A DNA stretch of 57,155 nucleotides, counting the filler, from Nemertoderma westbladi (Eukaryota; Animalia; Xenacoelomorpha), in the NCBI GenBank assembly GCA_032718475.1. It is 3 parts of 3 records of this genome, joined end to end, with 100 filler letters (N's around TTAATTAATTAA, not from the genome) between each part and the next. Parts side by side here need not be neighbours in the genome. Positions count along the whole stretch, not along the records: positions 1 to 29,148 come from JAUCBJ010004838.1; 2 more parts are not named here. One strand, given 5' to 3'. The notes under the pieces are model-generated. The model was given only the letters and a program-made list of their open reading frames with translations. It had not been told where the DNA came from and searched no databases. This document shows, piece by piece, positions 12,601 through 24,600 of the stretch (position 1 is the first letter of the stretch; each line of letters opens with the position of its first letter). The translations under genes and the position numbers were made by a program.

Positions 12601-15600
12601 AAATAAATTAATACTTATTTGTGTGTATGAATCTGGTTTTATTTTTATATTAGTTGTGACTGTGTACCTGTTTTGTTTTATTTAGTTGTGAGTGTGTATC
12701 TGGTTTTCACGGCGTTCTCTGCGCTTCAGCGGAATCTCCATGTGACCCGAATCCATGCGAATCCAGTGAATGCGAGGCTCTGAGTCATGGGGGTTTCCGG
12801 TGCCTTTGTGCTGCTGGTAGGAAGGGAGACCTATGTCTGGAAGGTGAGTTTCTTTCAAATAATGTTGTCGAACTGTCTGCACCTAGTGTCCGTCATTTAA
12901 AATGCGTGCAATCCATCTTTTTACATTCATGTTATATTTATTTAAGCAGTTGTGGACTTTAAAGAAGCTCATGAACTCTTTATTCCGAGATTCGATGGTC
13001 ACGCCTACCTAAGATTCCCTTCTATATCAGCTCTCAACAAACTCACAATATCGGCTGATATAATGGCCACAAATACCGACGGTATGTTACTGTACCTCGG
13101 CCACCCAATATCTAACAATTCCGAAGCGAAAATAGTAAAAAACGATTTTATTTCACTTAACATTATTGATGGCTTCGTTGAATTTCGTTTTGATTTGGGG
13201 TCAGGAGTTGGAGAAATCAGGTACAGTGGATCTACGATGTGTATAATATCTACCATGTAAAGGGTAATAATCAAATCCGACATCTAACTATTACACTTTA
13301 AGTACATAGTGTTCTAAAGTGAGTTTGACACCGAAGCCGTCAAGTTTTTGTTAAGCTGTCATCTATAAGGTTAACTTATACGCTAAGATAAACTAGCTTT
13401 AACCCACCCAGATGAAATTGGTACCCTGCCTATAAGAGTGAGTAAATAACATTGTTGGATTTGGATAGTGAGAGTATTTAAACTGATAGTTTTTGTGATT
13501 CCCTTCCTGCCTTACAGGTAACAAGAGGGGGGATGAGTCTTCTTGTTGACTCAGATGTTTTACGTTGACCTTCAACTTTACTTACTTAACAGTTCATCTA
13601 CTACTACTATTAATGTCATCTACATCCCGAGGTATTGTTATATTTACATAACATTCCTCAATTTACTGTCACATTGAGTTACACGTAACTTTTTCAGGAG
13701 TTCAGAGAAGTTGAAGCTGGGAAAATGGTACGAAATATACGCTTCTAGAGAAGGGAAGCAGGGCTTCCTATCGGTTAATGGAGTCGTTGTACCTGGAGTG
13801 TCCCCGGTAAGTTACAGGGAGGGGAGCAGGGATTCCTAGCAGTTATTGGGGAGAGGAGCTAGGATTCCCAGCAGTTATTGGGGAGGGGAGCAGGGATTTA
13901 GAGCAGTTATTGGGGAGGGGAGCAGGGATTCCCAGCAGTTATTGGGGAGGGGGGCAGGGATTTCTAGCAGTTATTGGGGACGGGAGCAGGGATTCCTAGA
14001 AGTTATTGGGGAGGGGAGAAGGGAGTCCTAGAAGTTATTGGGGAGGGGAGAAGGGATTCCTAGAAGTTATTGGGGAGGGGAGCAGGGATTCCTAGAAGTT
14101 ATTGGGGCGGGGAGCAGGAATTCCTAGAAGTTATTGGGGCGGGGAGCAGGGATTCCTAGCTGTTATTGGGGAGGGGAGCAGGGATTCCTAGAAGTTATTG
14201 GGGAGGGGAGCAGGGATTCCTAGAAGTTATTGGGGAGGGGAGAAGGGATTCCTATAAGTTATTGGGGAGGGGATCAGGGATTCCTAGAAGATATTGGGGA
14301 GGGGAGCAGGGATTCCTAGAAGTTATTGGGGAGGGGAGCAGGGATTCCTAGAAGTTATTGGGGAGGTGAGCAGGGATTCCTATAAGTTATTGGGGAGGGA
14401 TGGGATCAGGGATTCCTAGAAGTTATTGGGGAGGGGATCAGGGATTCCTAGAAGATATTGGGGAGGGGAGCAAGGATTCCTAGAAGTTATTGGGGAGGGA
14501 GCAGGGATTCCTAGAAGTTATTAGGGAGGGGAGAAGGGATTCCTAGAAGTTATTAGGGAGGGGAGAAGGGATTCCTATAAGTTATTGGGGAGGGGATCAG
14601 GGATTCCTAGAAGATATTGGGGAGGGGAGCAGGGATTCCTAGAAGTTATTGGGGAGGGGAGCAGGGATTCCTAGAAGTTATTGGGGAGGTGAGCAGGGAT
14701 TCCTATAAGTTATTGGGGAGGGATGGGATCAGGGATTCCTAGAAGATATTGGGGAGGGGATCAGGGATTCCTAGAAGTTAAGAGGATGGGGAGCAGGGAT
14801 TCCTAGCAGTTATTGGGGAGGGGAGCAGGGATTCCTAGCAGTTATTGAGGAGGGGGGAAGGGATTCCTAGAAGTTATTGGGGAGGGGAGAAGGGATTCCT
14901 AGACGTTATTGGGGAGGGGATCAGGGATTCCTAGAAGATATTGGGGAGAGGAGCAGGGATTCCTAGAATTTATTGGGGAAGGGAGCAGGGATTCCTAGAA
15001 GTTATTGGGGAGGGATGGGATCAGGGATTCCTAGAAGATATTGGGGAGGGGATCAGGGATTCCTAGAAGTTAAGATGATGGGGAGCAGGGATTCCTAGCA
15101 GTTATTGGGGAGGGGAGCAGGGATTCCTAGCAGTTATTGAGGAGGGGGGAAGGGATTCCTAGAAGTTATTGGGGAGGGGAGCAGGGATTCATAGAAGTTA
15201 TTGGGGAGGGGAGCAGGGATTCCTAGACGTTATTGGGGGAGGGGATCAGGGATTCCTAGAAGATATTGGGGAGGGGAGCAGAGATTCCTAGATGTTAAGA
15301 GGATGGGGAGCAGGGATTCCTAGAAGTTATTGGGGAGGGGATCAGTGATTCCTAGAAGTTATTGGGGAGGAGAGCAGGGATTCCAAGAAGTTATTGGGGA
15401 GGGGAGAAGGGATTGCTAGAAGTTATTGGGGAGGGGATCAGGTATTCCTAGAAGACATTGGGGAGGGGATCAGGGATTCCTAGACGTTAAGAGGATCGGG
15501 ACCAGGGATTCCTAGCAGTTATTGGGGAGGGGAGAAGGGATTCCTAGAAGTTATTGGGGAGGGGATCAAGGATTCCTAGAAGTTATTGGGGAGGGGAGCA

Positions 15601-18600
15601 GGGATTCCTAGAAGTTATTGGGGAGGGGAGAAGGGATTCCTAGAAGTTATTGGGGAGGGGATCATGGATTCCTAGAAAATATTGGGGAGGGGAGCAGGGA
15701 TTCCTAGAAGTTAAAAGTATGGGGAGCAGGGATTCCTAGAAGTTATTGGGGAGGGGAGAAGGGATTCCTAGAAGTTATTGGGGAGGGGATCAGGGATTCC
15801 TAGAAGTTATTGGGGAGGGTAGCAGGGATTCCTATAAGTTATTGGGGAGGGGAGAAGGGATTTCTAGAAGTTATTCGGGAGGGGATCAGGGATTTATAGA
15901 AGATATTGGGGAGGGGAGCAGAAATTCCTAGAAGTTAAGATGATGGGGAGCAGGGATTCCTAGCAGTTATTAGGGAGAGGAGAAGGGATTCCTAGAAGTT
16001 ATTGGGGAGGGGATCAGGGATTCCTAGAAGTTATTGGGGAGGGGAGCAGGGATTCCTAGAAGTAAAGAGGATGGGGAGCAGGTATTCCTAGCAGTTATTG
16101 GGGAGGGGAGAAGGGATTACTAGAAGTTATTTGGGAGGAGATCAGGGATTCCTAGAAGATATTGGGGAGGGGAGCAGGGATTCCTAGACGTTATTGAGGA
16201 GGGGAGAAGGGATTCCTAGACGTTATTGGGGAGGGGATCAGGGATTCCTAGAAGATATTGGGGAGAGGAGCAGGGATTCCTAGAATTTATTGGGGAGGGG
16301 AGCAGGGATTCCTAGAAGTAATTGGGGAGGGGATCAAGGATTCTTAGATGTTATTGGGGAGGGGAGCAGGGATTCCTAGCAGTTATTGGGGAGGGGAGCA
16401 GGGATTCCTAGAAGTTATTGGGGAGAGGATCGGGGATTCCTAGAAGATATTGGGGAGGGGAGCAGGGATTCCTAGAAGTTATTGGGGAGGGGAGCAGGGA
16501 TTCCTAGACGTTATTGGGGAGGGGAGAAGGGATTCCTAGACGTTATTGGGGAGGGGATCAGGGATTCCTAGAAGATATTGGGGAGAGGAGCAGGGATTCC
16601 TAGAATTTATTGGGGAAGGGAGCAGGGATTCCTAGAAGTTATTGGGGAGGGAGGGGATCAGGGATTCCTAGAAGATATTGGGGAGGGGATCAGGGATTCC
16701 TAGAAGTTTAGAGGATGGGGAGCAGGGATTCCTAGCAGTTATTGGGGAGGGGAGCAGGGATTCCTAGCAGTTATTGAGGAGGGGGGAAGGGATTCCTAGA
16801 AGTTATTGGGGAGGGGAGCAGGGATTCATAGAAGTTATTGGGGAGGGGAGCAGGGATTCCTAGACGTTATTGGGGGAGGGGATCAGGGATTCCTAGAAGA
16901 TATTGGGGAGGGGAGCAGAGATTCCTAGTAGTTAAGAGGATGGGGAGCAGGGATTCCTAGAAGTTATTGGGGAGGGGATCAGGGATTCCTAGAAGTTATT
17001 GGGGAGGAGAGCAGGGATTCCTAGAAGTTATTGGGGAGGGGAGAAGGGATTGCTAGAAGTTATTGGGGAGGGGATCAGGGATCCCTAAAAGATATTGGGG
17101 AGGGGATCAGGGATTCCTAGACGTTAAGAGGATCGGGACCAGGGATTCCTAGCAGTTATTGGGGAGGGGAGAAGGGATTCCTAGAAGTTATTGGGGAGGG
17201 GATCATGGATTCCTAGAAAATATTGGGGAGGGGAGCAGGGATTCCTAGAAGTTAAAAGTATGGGGAGCAGGGATTCCTAGAAGTTATTGGGGAGGGGAGA
17301 AGGGATTCCTAGAAGTTATTGGGGAGGGGATCAGGGATTCCTAGAAGTTATTGGGGAGGGTAGCAGGGATTCCTATAAGTTATTGGGGAGGGGAGAAGGG
17401 ATTCCTAGAAGTTATTCGGGAGGGGATCAGGGATTTCTAGAAGATATTGGGGAGGGGAGCAGAGATTCCTAGAAGTTAAGATGATGGGGAGCAGTGATTC
17501 CTAGCAGTTATTAGGGAGAGGAGAAGGGATTCCTAGAAGTTATTGGGGAGGGGATCAGGGATTCCTATAAGTTATTGGGGAGGGGAGAAGGGATTACTAT
17601 AAGTTATTGGGGAGGAGATCAGGGATTCCTAGAAGATATTGGGGAGGGGAGCAGGGATTCCTAGAAGTAATGGGGGGGGGGATCAAGGATTCCTAGAAGT
17701 TATTGGGGAGGGGAGCAGGGATTCCTAGCAGTTATTGGGGAGGGGAGCAGGGATTCCTAGAAGTTATTGGGGAGAGGATCGGGGATTCCTAGAAGATATT
17801 GGGGAGGGGAGCAGGGATTCCTAGAAGTTATTGAGGAGGGGAGAAGGGATTCCTAGAAGTTATTGGGGAGGGGATCAGGGATCCCTAAAAGATATTGGCG
17901 AGGGGATCAGGGATTCCTATAAGTTATTGGGGAGGGGATCAAGGATTCCTATAAGTTATTGGGAAGGGGAGCAGGGATTCCTAGAAGTTATTGGGGAGGA
18001 GAGCAGGGATTCCTAGAAGATATTGGGGAGGGGAGCAGGGATTCCTATAAGTTATTGAGGAGGGGAGAAGGGATTCCTAGAAGTTATTGGGGAGGGGAGC
18101 AGGGATTCCTAGAAGTTAAGAGGATGGGGAGCAGGGATTCCTAGAAGATATTGGGGAGGGGAGCAGGGATTTCTAGCAGTTATTGGGGAGGGGAGCAGGG
18201 ATTCCTAGAAGTTATTGGGGAGGGGATCAGGGATTCCTAGAAGATATTGGGGAGGGGAGCAGGGATTCCTATAAGTTATTGAGGAGGGGAGAAGGGATTC
18301 CTAGAAGTTATTGGGGAGGGGAGCAGGGATTACTATAAGTTATTGGGGAGGAGATCAGGGATTCCTAGAAGATATTGGGGAGGGGAGCAGGGATTCCTAG
18401 AAGTAATGGGGGGGGGATCAAGGATTCCTAGAAGTTATTGGGGAGGGGAGCAGGGATTCCTAGCAGTTATTGGGGAGGGGAGCAGGGATTCCTAGAAGTT
18501 ATTGGGGAGAGGATCGGGGATTCCTAGAAGATATTGGGGAGGGGAGCAGGGATTCCTAGAAGTAATGGGGGGGGGGGATCAAGGATTCCTAGAAGTTATT

Positions 18601-21600
18601 GGGGAGGGGAGCAGGGATTCCTAGCAGTTATTGGGGAGGGGAGCAGGGATTCCTAGAAGTTATTGGGGAGAGGATCGGGGATTCCTAGAAGATATTGGGG
18701 AGGGGAGCAGGGATTCCTAGAAGTAATGGGGGGGGGATCAAGGATTCCTAGAAGTTATTGGGGAGGGGAGCAGGGATTCCTAGCAGTTATTGGGGAGGGG
18801 AGAAGGGATTACTATAAGTTATTGGGGAGGAGATCAGGGATTCCTAGAAGATATTGGGGAGGGGAGCAGGGATTCCTAGAAGTAATGGGGGGGGGGATCA
18901 AGGATTCCTAGAAGTTATTGGGGAGGGGAGCAGGGATTCCTAGCAGTTATTGGGGAGGGGAGCAGGGATTCCTAGAAGTTATTGGGGAGAGGATCGGGGA
19001 TTCCTAGAAGATATTGGGGAGGGGAGCAGGGATTCCTAGAAGTTATTGAGGAGGGGAGAAGGGATTCCTAGAAGTTATTGGGGAGGGGATCAGGGATCCC
19101 TAAAAGATATTGGCGAGGGGAGCAGGGATTCCTATAAGTTATTGGGGAGGGGATCAAGGATTCCTATAAGTTATTGGGAAGGGGAGCAGGGATTCCTAGA
19201 AGTTATTGGGGAGGAGAGCAGGGATTCCTAGAAGATATTGGGGAGGGGAGCAGGGATTCCTATAAGTTATTGAGGAGGGGAGAAGGGATTCCTATAAGTT
19301 ATTGGGGAGGGGATCAAGGATTCCTATAAGTTATTGGGAAGGGGAGCAGGGATTCCTAGAAGTTATTGGGGAGGAGAGCAGGGATTCCTAGAAGATATTG
19401 GGGAGGGGAGCAGGGATTCCTATAAGTTATTGAGGAGGGGAGAAGGGATTCCTAGAAGTTATTGAGGAGGGGAGAAGGGATTCCTATAAGTTATTGGGGA
19501 GGGGATCAAGGATTCCTATAAGTTATTGGGAAGGGGAGCAGGGATTCCTAGAAGTTATTGGGGAGGAGAGCAGGGATTCCTAGAAGATATTGGGGAGGGG
19601 AGCAGGGATTCCTATAAGTTATTGAGGAGGGGAGAAGGGATTCCTAGAAGTTATTGGGGAGGGGAGCAGGGATTCCTAGAAGTTAAGAGGATGGGGAGCA
19701 GGGATTCCTAGAAGATATTGGGGAGGGGAGCAGGGATTTCTAGCAGTTATTGGGGAGGGGAGCAGGGATTCCTAGAAGTTATTGGGGAGGGGATCAGGGA
19801 TTCCTAGAAGATATTGGGGAGGGGAGCAGGGATTCCTATAAGTTATTGAGGAGGGGAGAAGGGATTCCTAGAAGTTATTGGGGAGGGGAGCAGGGATTAC
19901 TATAAGTTATTGGGGAGGAGATCAGGGATTCCTAGAAGATATTGGGGAGGGGAGCAGGGATTCCTAGAAGTAATGGGGGGGGGATCAAGGATTCCTAGAA
20001 GTTATTGGGGAGGGGAGCAGGGATTCCTAGCAGTTATTGGGGAGGGGAGCAGGGATTCCTAGAAGTTATTGGGGAGAGGATCGGGGATTCCTAGAAGATA
20101 TTGGGGAGGGGAGCAGGGATTCCTAGAAGTAATGGGGGGGGGGGGGATCAAGGATTCCTAGAAGTTATTGGGGAGGGGAGCAGGGATTCCTAGCAGTTAT
20201 TGGGGAGGGGAGCAGGGATTCCTAGAAGTTATTGGGGAGAGGATCGGGGATTCCTAGAAGATATTGGGGAGGGGAGCAGGGATTCCTAGAAGTAATGGGG
20301 GGGGGATCAAGGATTCCTAGAAGTTATTGGGGAGGGGAGCAGGGATTCCTAGCAGTTATTGGGGAGGGGAGAAGGGATTACTATAAGTTATTGGGGAGGA
20401 GATCAGGGATTCCTAGAAGATATTGGGGAGGGGAGCAGGGATTCCTAGAAGTAATGGGGGGGGGGATCAAGGATTCCTAGAAGTTATTGGGGAGGGGAGC
20501 AGGGATTCCTAGCAGTTATTGGGGAGGGGAGCAGGGATTCCTAGAAGTTATTGGGGAGAGGATCGGGGATTCCTAGAAGATATTGGGGAGGGGAGCAGGG
20601 ATTCCTAGAAGTTATTGAGGAGGGGAGAAGGGATTCCTAGAAGTTATTGGGGAGGGGATCAGGGATCCCTAAAAGATATTGGCGAGGGGAGCAGGGATTC
20701 CTATAAGTTATTGGGGAGGGGATCAAGGATTCCTATAAGTTATTGGGAAGGGGAGCAGGGATTCCTAGAAGTTATTGGGGAGGAGAGCAGGGATTCCTAG
20801 AAGATATTGGGGAGGGGAGCAGGGATTCCTATAAGTTATTGAGGAGGGGAGAAGGGATTCCTATAAGTTATTGGGGAGGGGATCAAGGATTCCTATAAGT
20901 TATTGGGAAGGGGAGCAGGGATTCCTAGAAGTTATTGGGGAGGAGAGCAGGGATTCCTAGAAGATATTGGGGAGGGGAGCAGGGATTCCTATAAGTTATT
21001 GAGGAGGGGAGAAGGGATTCCTAGAAGTTATTGAGGAGGGGAGAAGGGATTCCTATAAGTTATTGGGGAGGGGATCAAGGATTCCTATAAGTTATTGGGA
21101 AGGGGAGCAGGGATTCCTAGAAGTTATTGGGGAGGAGAGCAGGGATTCCTAGAAGATATTGGGGAGGGGAGCAGGGATTCCTATAAGTTATTGAGGAGGG
21201 GAGAAGGGATTCCTAGAAGTTATTGGGGAGGGGAGCAGGGATTCCTAGAAGTTAAGAGGATGGGGAGCAGGGATTCCTAGAAGATATTGGGGAGGGGAGC
21301 AGGGATTTCTAGCAGTTATTGGGGAGGGGAGCAGGGATTCCTAGAAGTTATTGGGGAGGGGATCAGGGATTCCTAGAAGATATTGGGGAGGGGAGCAGGG
21401 ATTCCTATAAGTTATTGAGGAGGGGAGAAGGGATTCCTAGAAGTTATTGGGGAGGGGAGCAGGGATTCCTAGAAGTTAAGAGGATGGGGAGCAGGGATTC
21501 CTAGCAGTTATTGGGGAGGGGAGAAGGGATTCATAGAGGTTAAGAGGATGGGGAGCAGGGATTCCTAGAAGTTAAGAGGATGGGGAGCAGGGATTCCTAG

Positions 21601-24600
21601 CAGTTATTGGGGAGGGGAGAAGGGATTCCTAGAAGATATTGGGGAGGGGAGCAGGGATTCCTAGAAGTTATTGGGGAGGGGAGCAGGGATTCCTAGAAGT
21701 TAAGAGGATGGGGAGCAGGGAATCCTAGCAGTTATTGGGGAGGGGAGCAGGGATTCCTAGCAGTTATTGAGAAGGGGAGCAGGGTTTCCTAGAAGTTAAG
21801 AGGATGGGGAGCAGGGATTCCTAGCAGTTATTGGGAAGGGGAGCAGGGATTCCTAGCAGTTATTGGGGAGGGGAGCAGGGTTTCCTAGAAGTTATTGGGG
21901 AGGGGAGCAGGGATTCCTAGAAGATATTGGGGAGGGGAGCAGGGATTCCTAGAAGTAAAGAGGATGGGGAGCAGGGATTCCTAGCAGTTATTGGGGAGGG
22001 GAGCAGGGATTCCTAGCAGTTATTGAGGAGGGGGGAAGGAATTCCTAGACGTTATTGGGGAGGTTGAGCAGGGATTCTTAGAAGTTATTGGGGAGGGGAG
22101 CAGGGATTCCTAGACTTTATTGGGGGAGGGGATCAGGGATTCCTAGAAGATATTGGGGAGGGGAGCAGAGATTCCTAGAAGTTAAGAGGATGGGGAGCAG
22201 GGATTCCTAAAAGTTATTGGGGAGGGGAGAAGGGATTCCTAGAGGTTAATGGGGAGGGGATCAGGGATTCCTAGAAGATATTGGGGAGGGGAGCAGGGAT
22301 TCCTAGAGGTTAAGAGGGTGGGGAGCACGGATTCCTAGCAGTTATTGGGGAAGGGAGAAGGGATTCCTAGAAGTTATTGGGGAGGGGATCAGGGATTCCT
22401 AGAAGTTATTGGGGAGGAGAGAAGGGATTCCTAGAAGTTATTGAGGAGGGGGGAAGGGATTCCTAGAAGTTATTGGGGAGGTGAGCAGGGATTCCTATAA
22501 GTTATTGGGGAGGGGATCATGGATTTCTAGAAGTTATTGGGAAGGGGAGCAGGGATTCCTAGCAGTTATTGGGGAGGGGAGCAGGGATTCCTAGAAGTTA
22601 TTGAGGAGGGGGGAAGGGATTCCTAGAAGTTATTGGGGAGGTGAGCAGGGATTCCTATAAGTTATTGGGGAGGGGATCAAGGATTTCTAGAAGTTATTGG
22701 GAAGGGGAGCAGGGATTCCTAGAAGATATTGGGGAGGGGAGCAGGGATTCCTAGAAGTTATTGGGGAGGGGATCGGGGATTCCTAGAAGATATTGGGGAG
22801 GGGAGCAGGGATTCCTAGAAGTTATTGAGGAGGGGAGAAGGGATTCCTAGAAGTTATTGGGGAGGGGGGGAGCAGGGATGCAGTTATTGGGGAGGGGAGC
22901 AGGGATTTCTAGCAGTTATTGGGGAGGGGAGCAGGGATTCCTAGCAGTTATTGGGGAGGGGATCAGGGTTTCCTAGAAGTTATTGGGGAGGTGAGCAGGG
23001 ATTCCTATAAGTTATTGGGGAGGGGATCAAGGATTTCTAGAAGTTATTGGGAAGGGGAGCAGGGATTCCTAGAAGATATTGGGGAGGGGAGCAGGGATTC
23101 CTAGAAGTTATTGGGGAGGGGATCGGGGATTCCTAGAAGATATTGGGGAGGGGAGCAGGGATTCCTAGAAGTTATTGGGGAGGGGAGCAGGGATTCCTAG
23201 AATTTAAGAGGATGGGGAGCAGGGATTACTAGCAGTTATTGGGGAGGGGAGCAGGGATTCCAAGCAGTTATTGAGGAGGGGAGCAGAGTTTCCTAGAAGT
23301 TAAGAGGATGGGGAGCAGGGATTCGTAGCAATTATTGGGGAGGGGAGCAGGGATTCCTCGCAGTTATTGGGGAGGGGAGCAGGGTTTCCTAGAAGTTATT
23401 GGGGAGGGGAGCAGGGATTCCTAGAAGTTATTGGGGAGGGGAGCAGGGATTCCTAGAAGTTAAAGAGGATGGGGAGCAGGGATTCCTAGCAGTTATTGGG
23501 GAGGGGAGCAGGGATTTCTAGCAGTTATTGGGGAGGGGAGCAGGGATTCCTAGCAGTTATTGGGGAGGGGATCAGGGTTTCCTAGAAGTTATTGGGGAGG
23601 GGAGCAGCGATTCCTAGAAGTTATTGGGGAGGGGAGCAGGGATTCCTTGCAGTTATTGGGGAGGGGAGCAGGGTTTCCTAGAGTTATTGGGGAGGGAAGC
23701 AGGGATTCATCTTGGTTAATGGAGTCGTTGTACCTGGAGTGTCCCCGGTAAGTTACAGGGATTCCTAGAAGTTATTGGTGAGTGAAGATGTGATTCCTAG
23801 TAGTTGCAGTGTTGCTGTAGCATATGTACCGGTATCTATGTAATATGTACCGTAATTGTCTGCATCATTTCTTTAATTTATTTAGTTCAACTTTGTAACA
23901 TTTTGTAAATTTGCATCACGTTTTACGTTTTAGCTAGCACGGATGCAAGCTTTACTAATGGTAAGTTAGATAATCGTTTATTTTATTGGAACTTTGGCAG
24001 CTTATTTCGGACGGAGTTCTACTCAAATGCAAATGGAATGTCAAAGTAGTGTATTATTTTGCTTGGAGATAAACTGCTACTGTAACTTGCGCATTTTCTA
24101 TAATATAAAATTTTATAAATACACAATAAGAATAACATGTCTTTATTGCAACCCCCCATTGCAAGGCCTACACAACACATTGAGCAACATGTTGCGCAAA
24201 GTACAAAAATGGGTATACCCGTACCATGTTTACCGTACGGGTATATTACACACGTTGGCTGTCATGTTATCGAGTTTTACTGGTAAATATGTATCGTTTT
24301 ACAATAAAATTCCAAAAATAATTAATTAATTAAATCATTTTAATTATTTATTGTGTATTTAGGGGAAATTGAATCAGTTGAATACAAAGAGCGACCTATA
24401 TATCGGAGGAATAGGAAATATTGCCGCGGTTGATAGACGAACTCGAATAACGGACAACTTCTACGGAGCAATTCAAAGAGTAAGTGCCAAAGCTGAGATT
24501 TAATATCATATGTTTATTATGCAATAACTATGAAGACGACCTATTACTACTTACTGCTAAGTATTTTACTGTAATCATCCTATCTTTATTGGAACTACCT

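Noticed and set aside
13846-23751. Many ~61-aa Gly-rich ORFs
   Set aside because: Translations of the 32-bp satellite, ended regularly by TAG.
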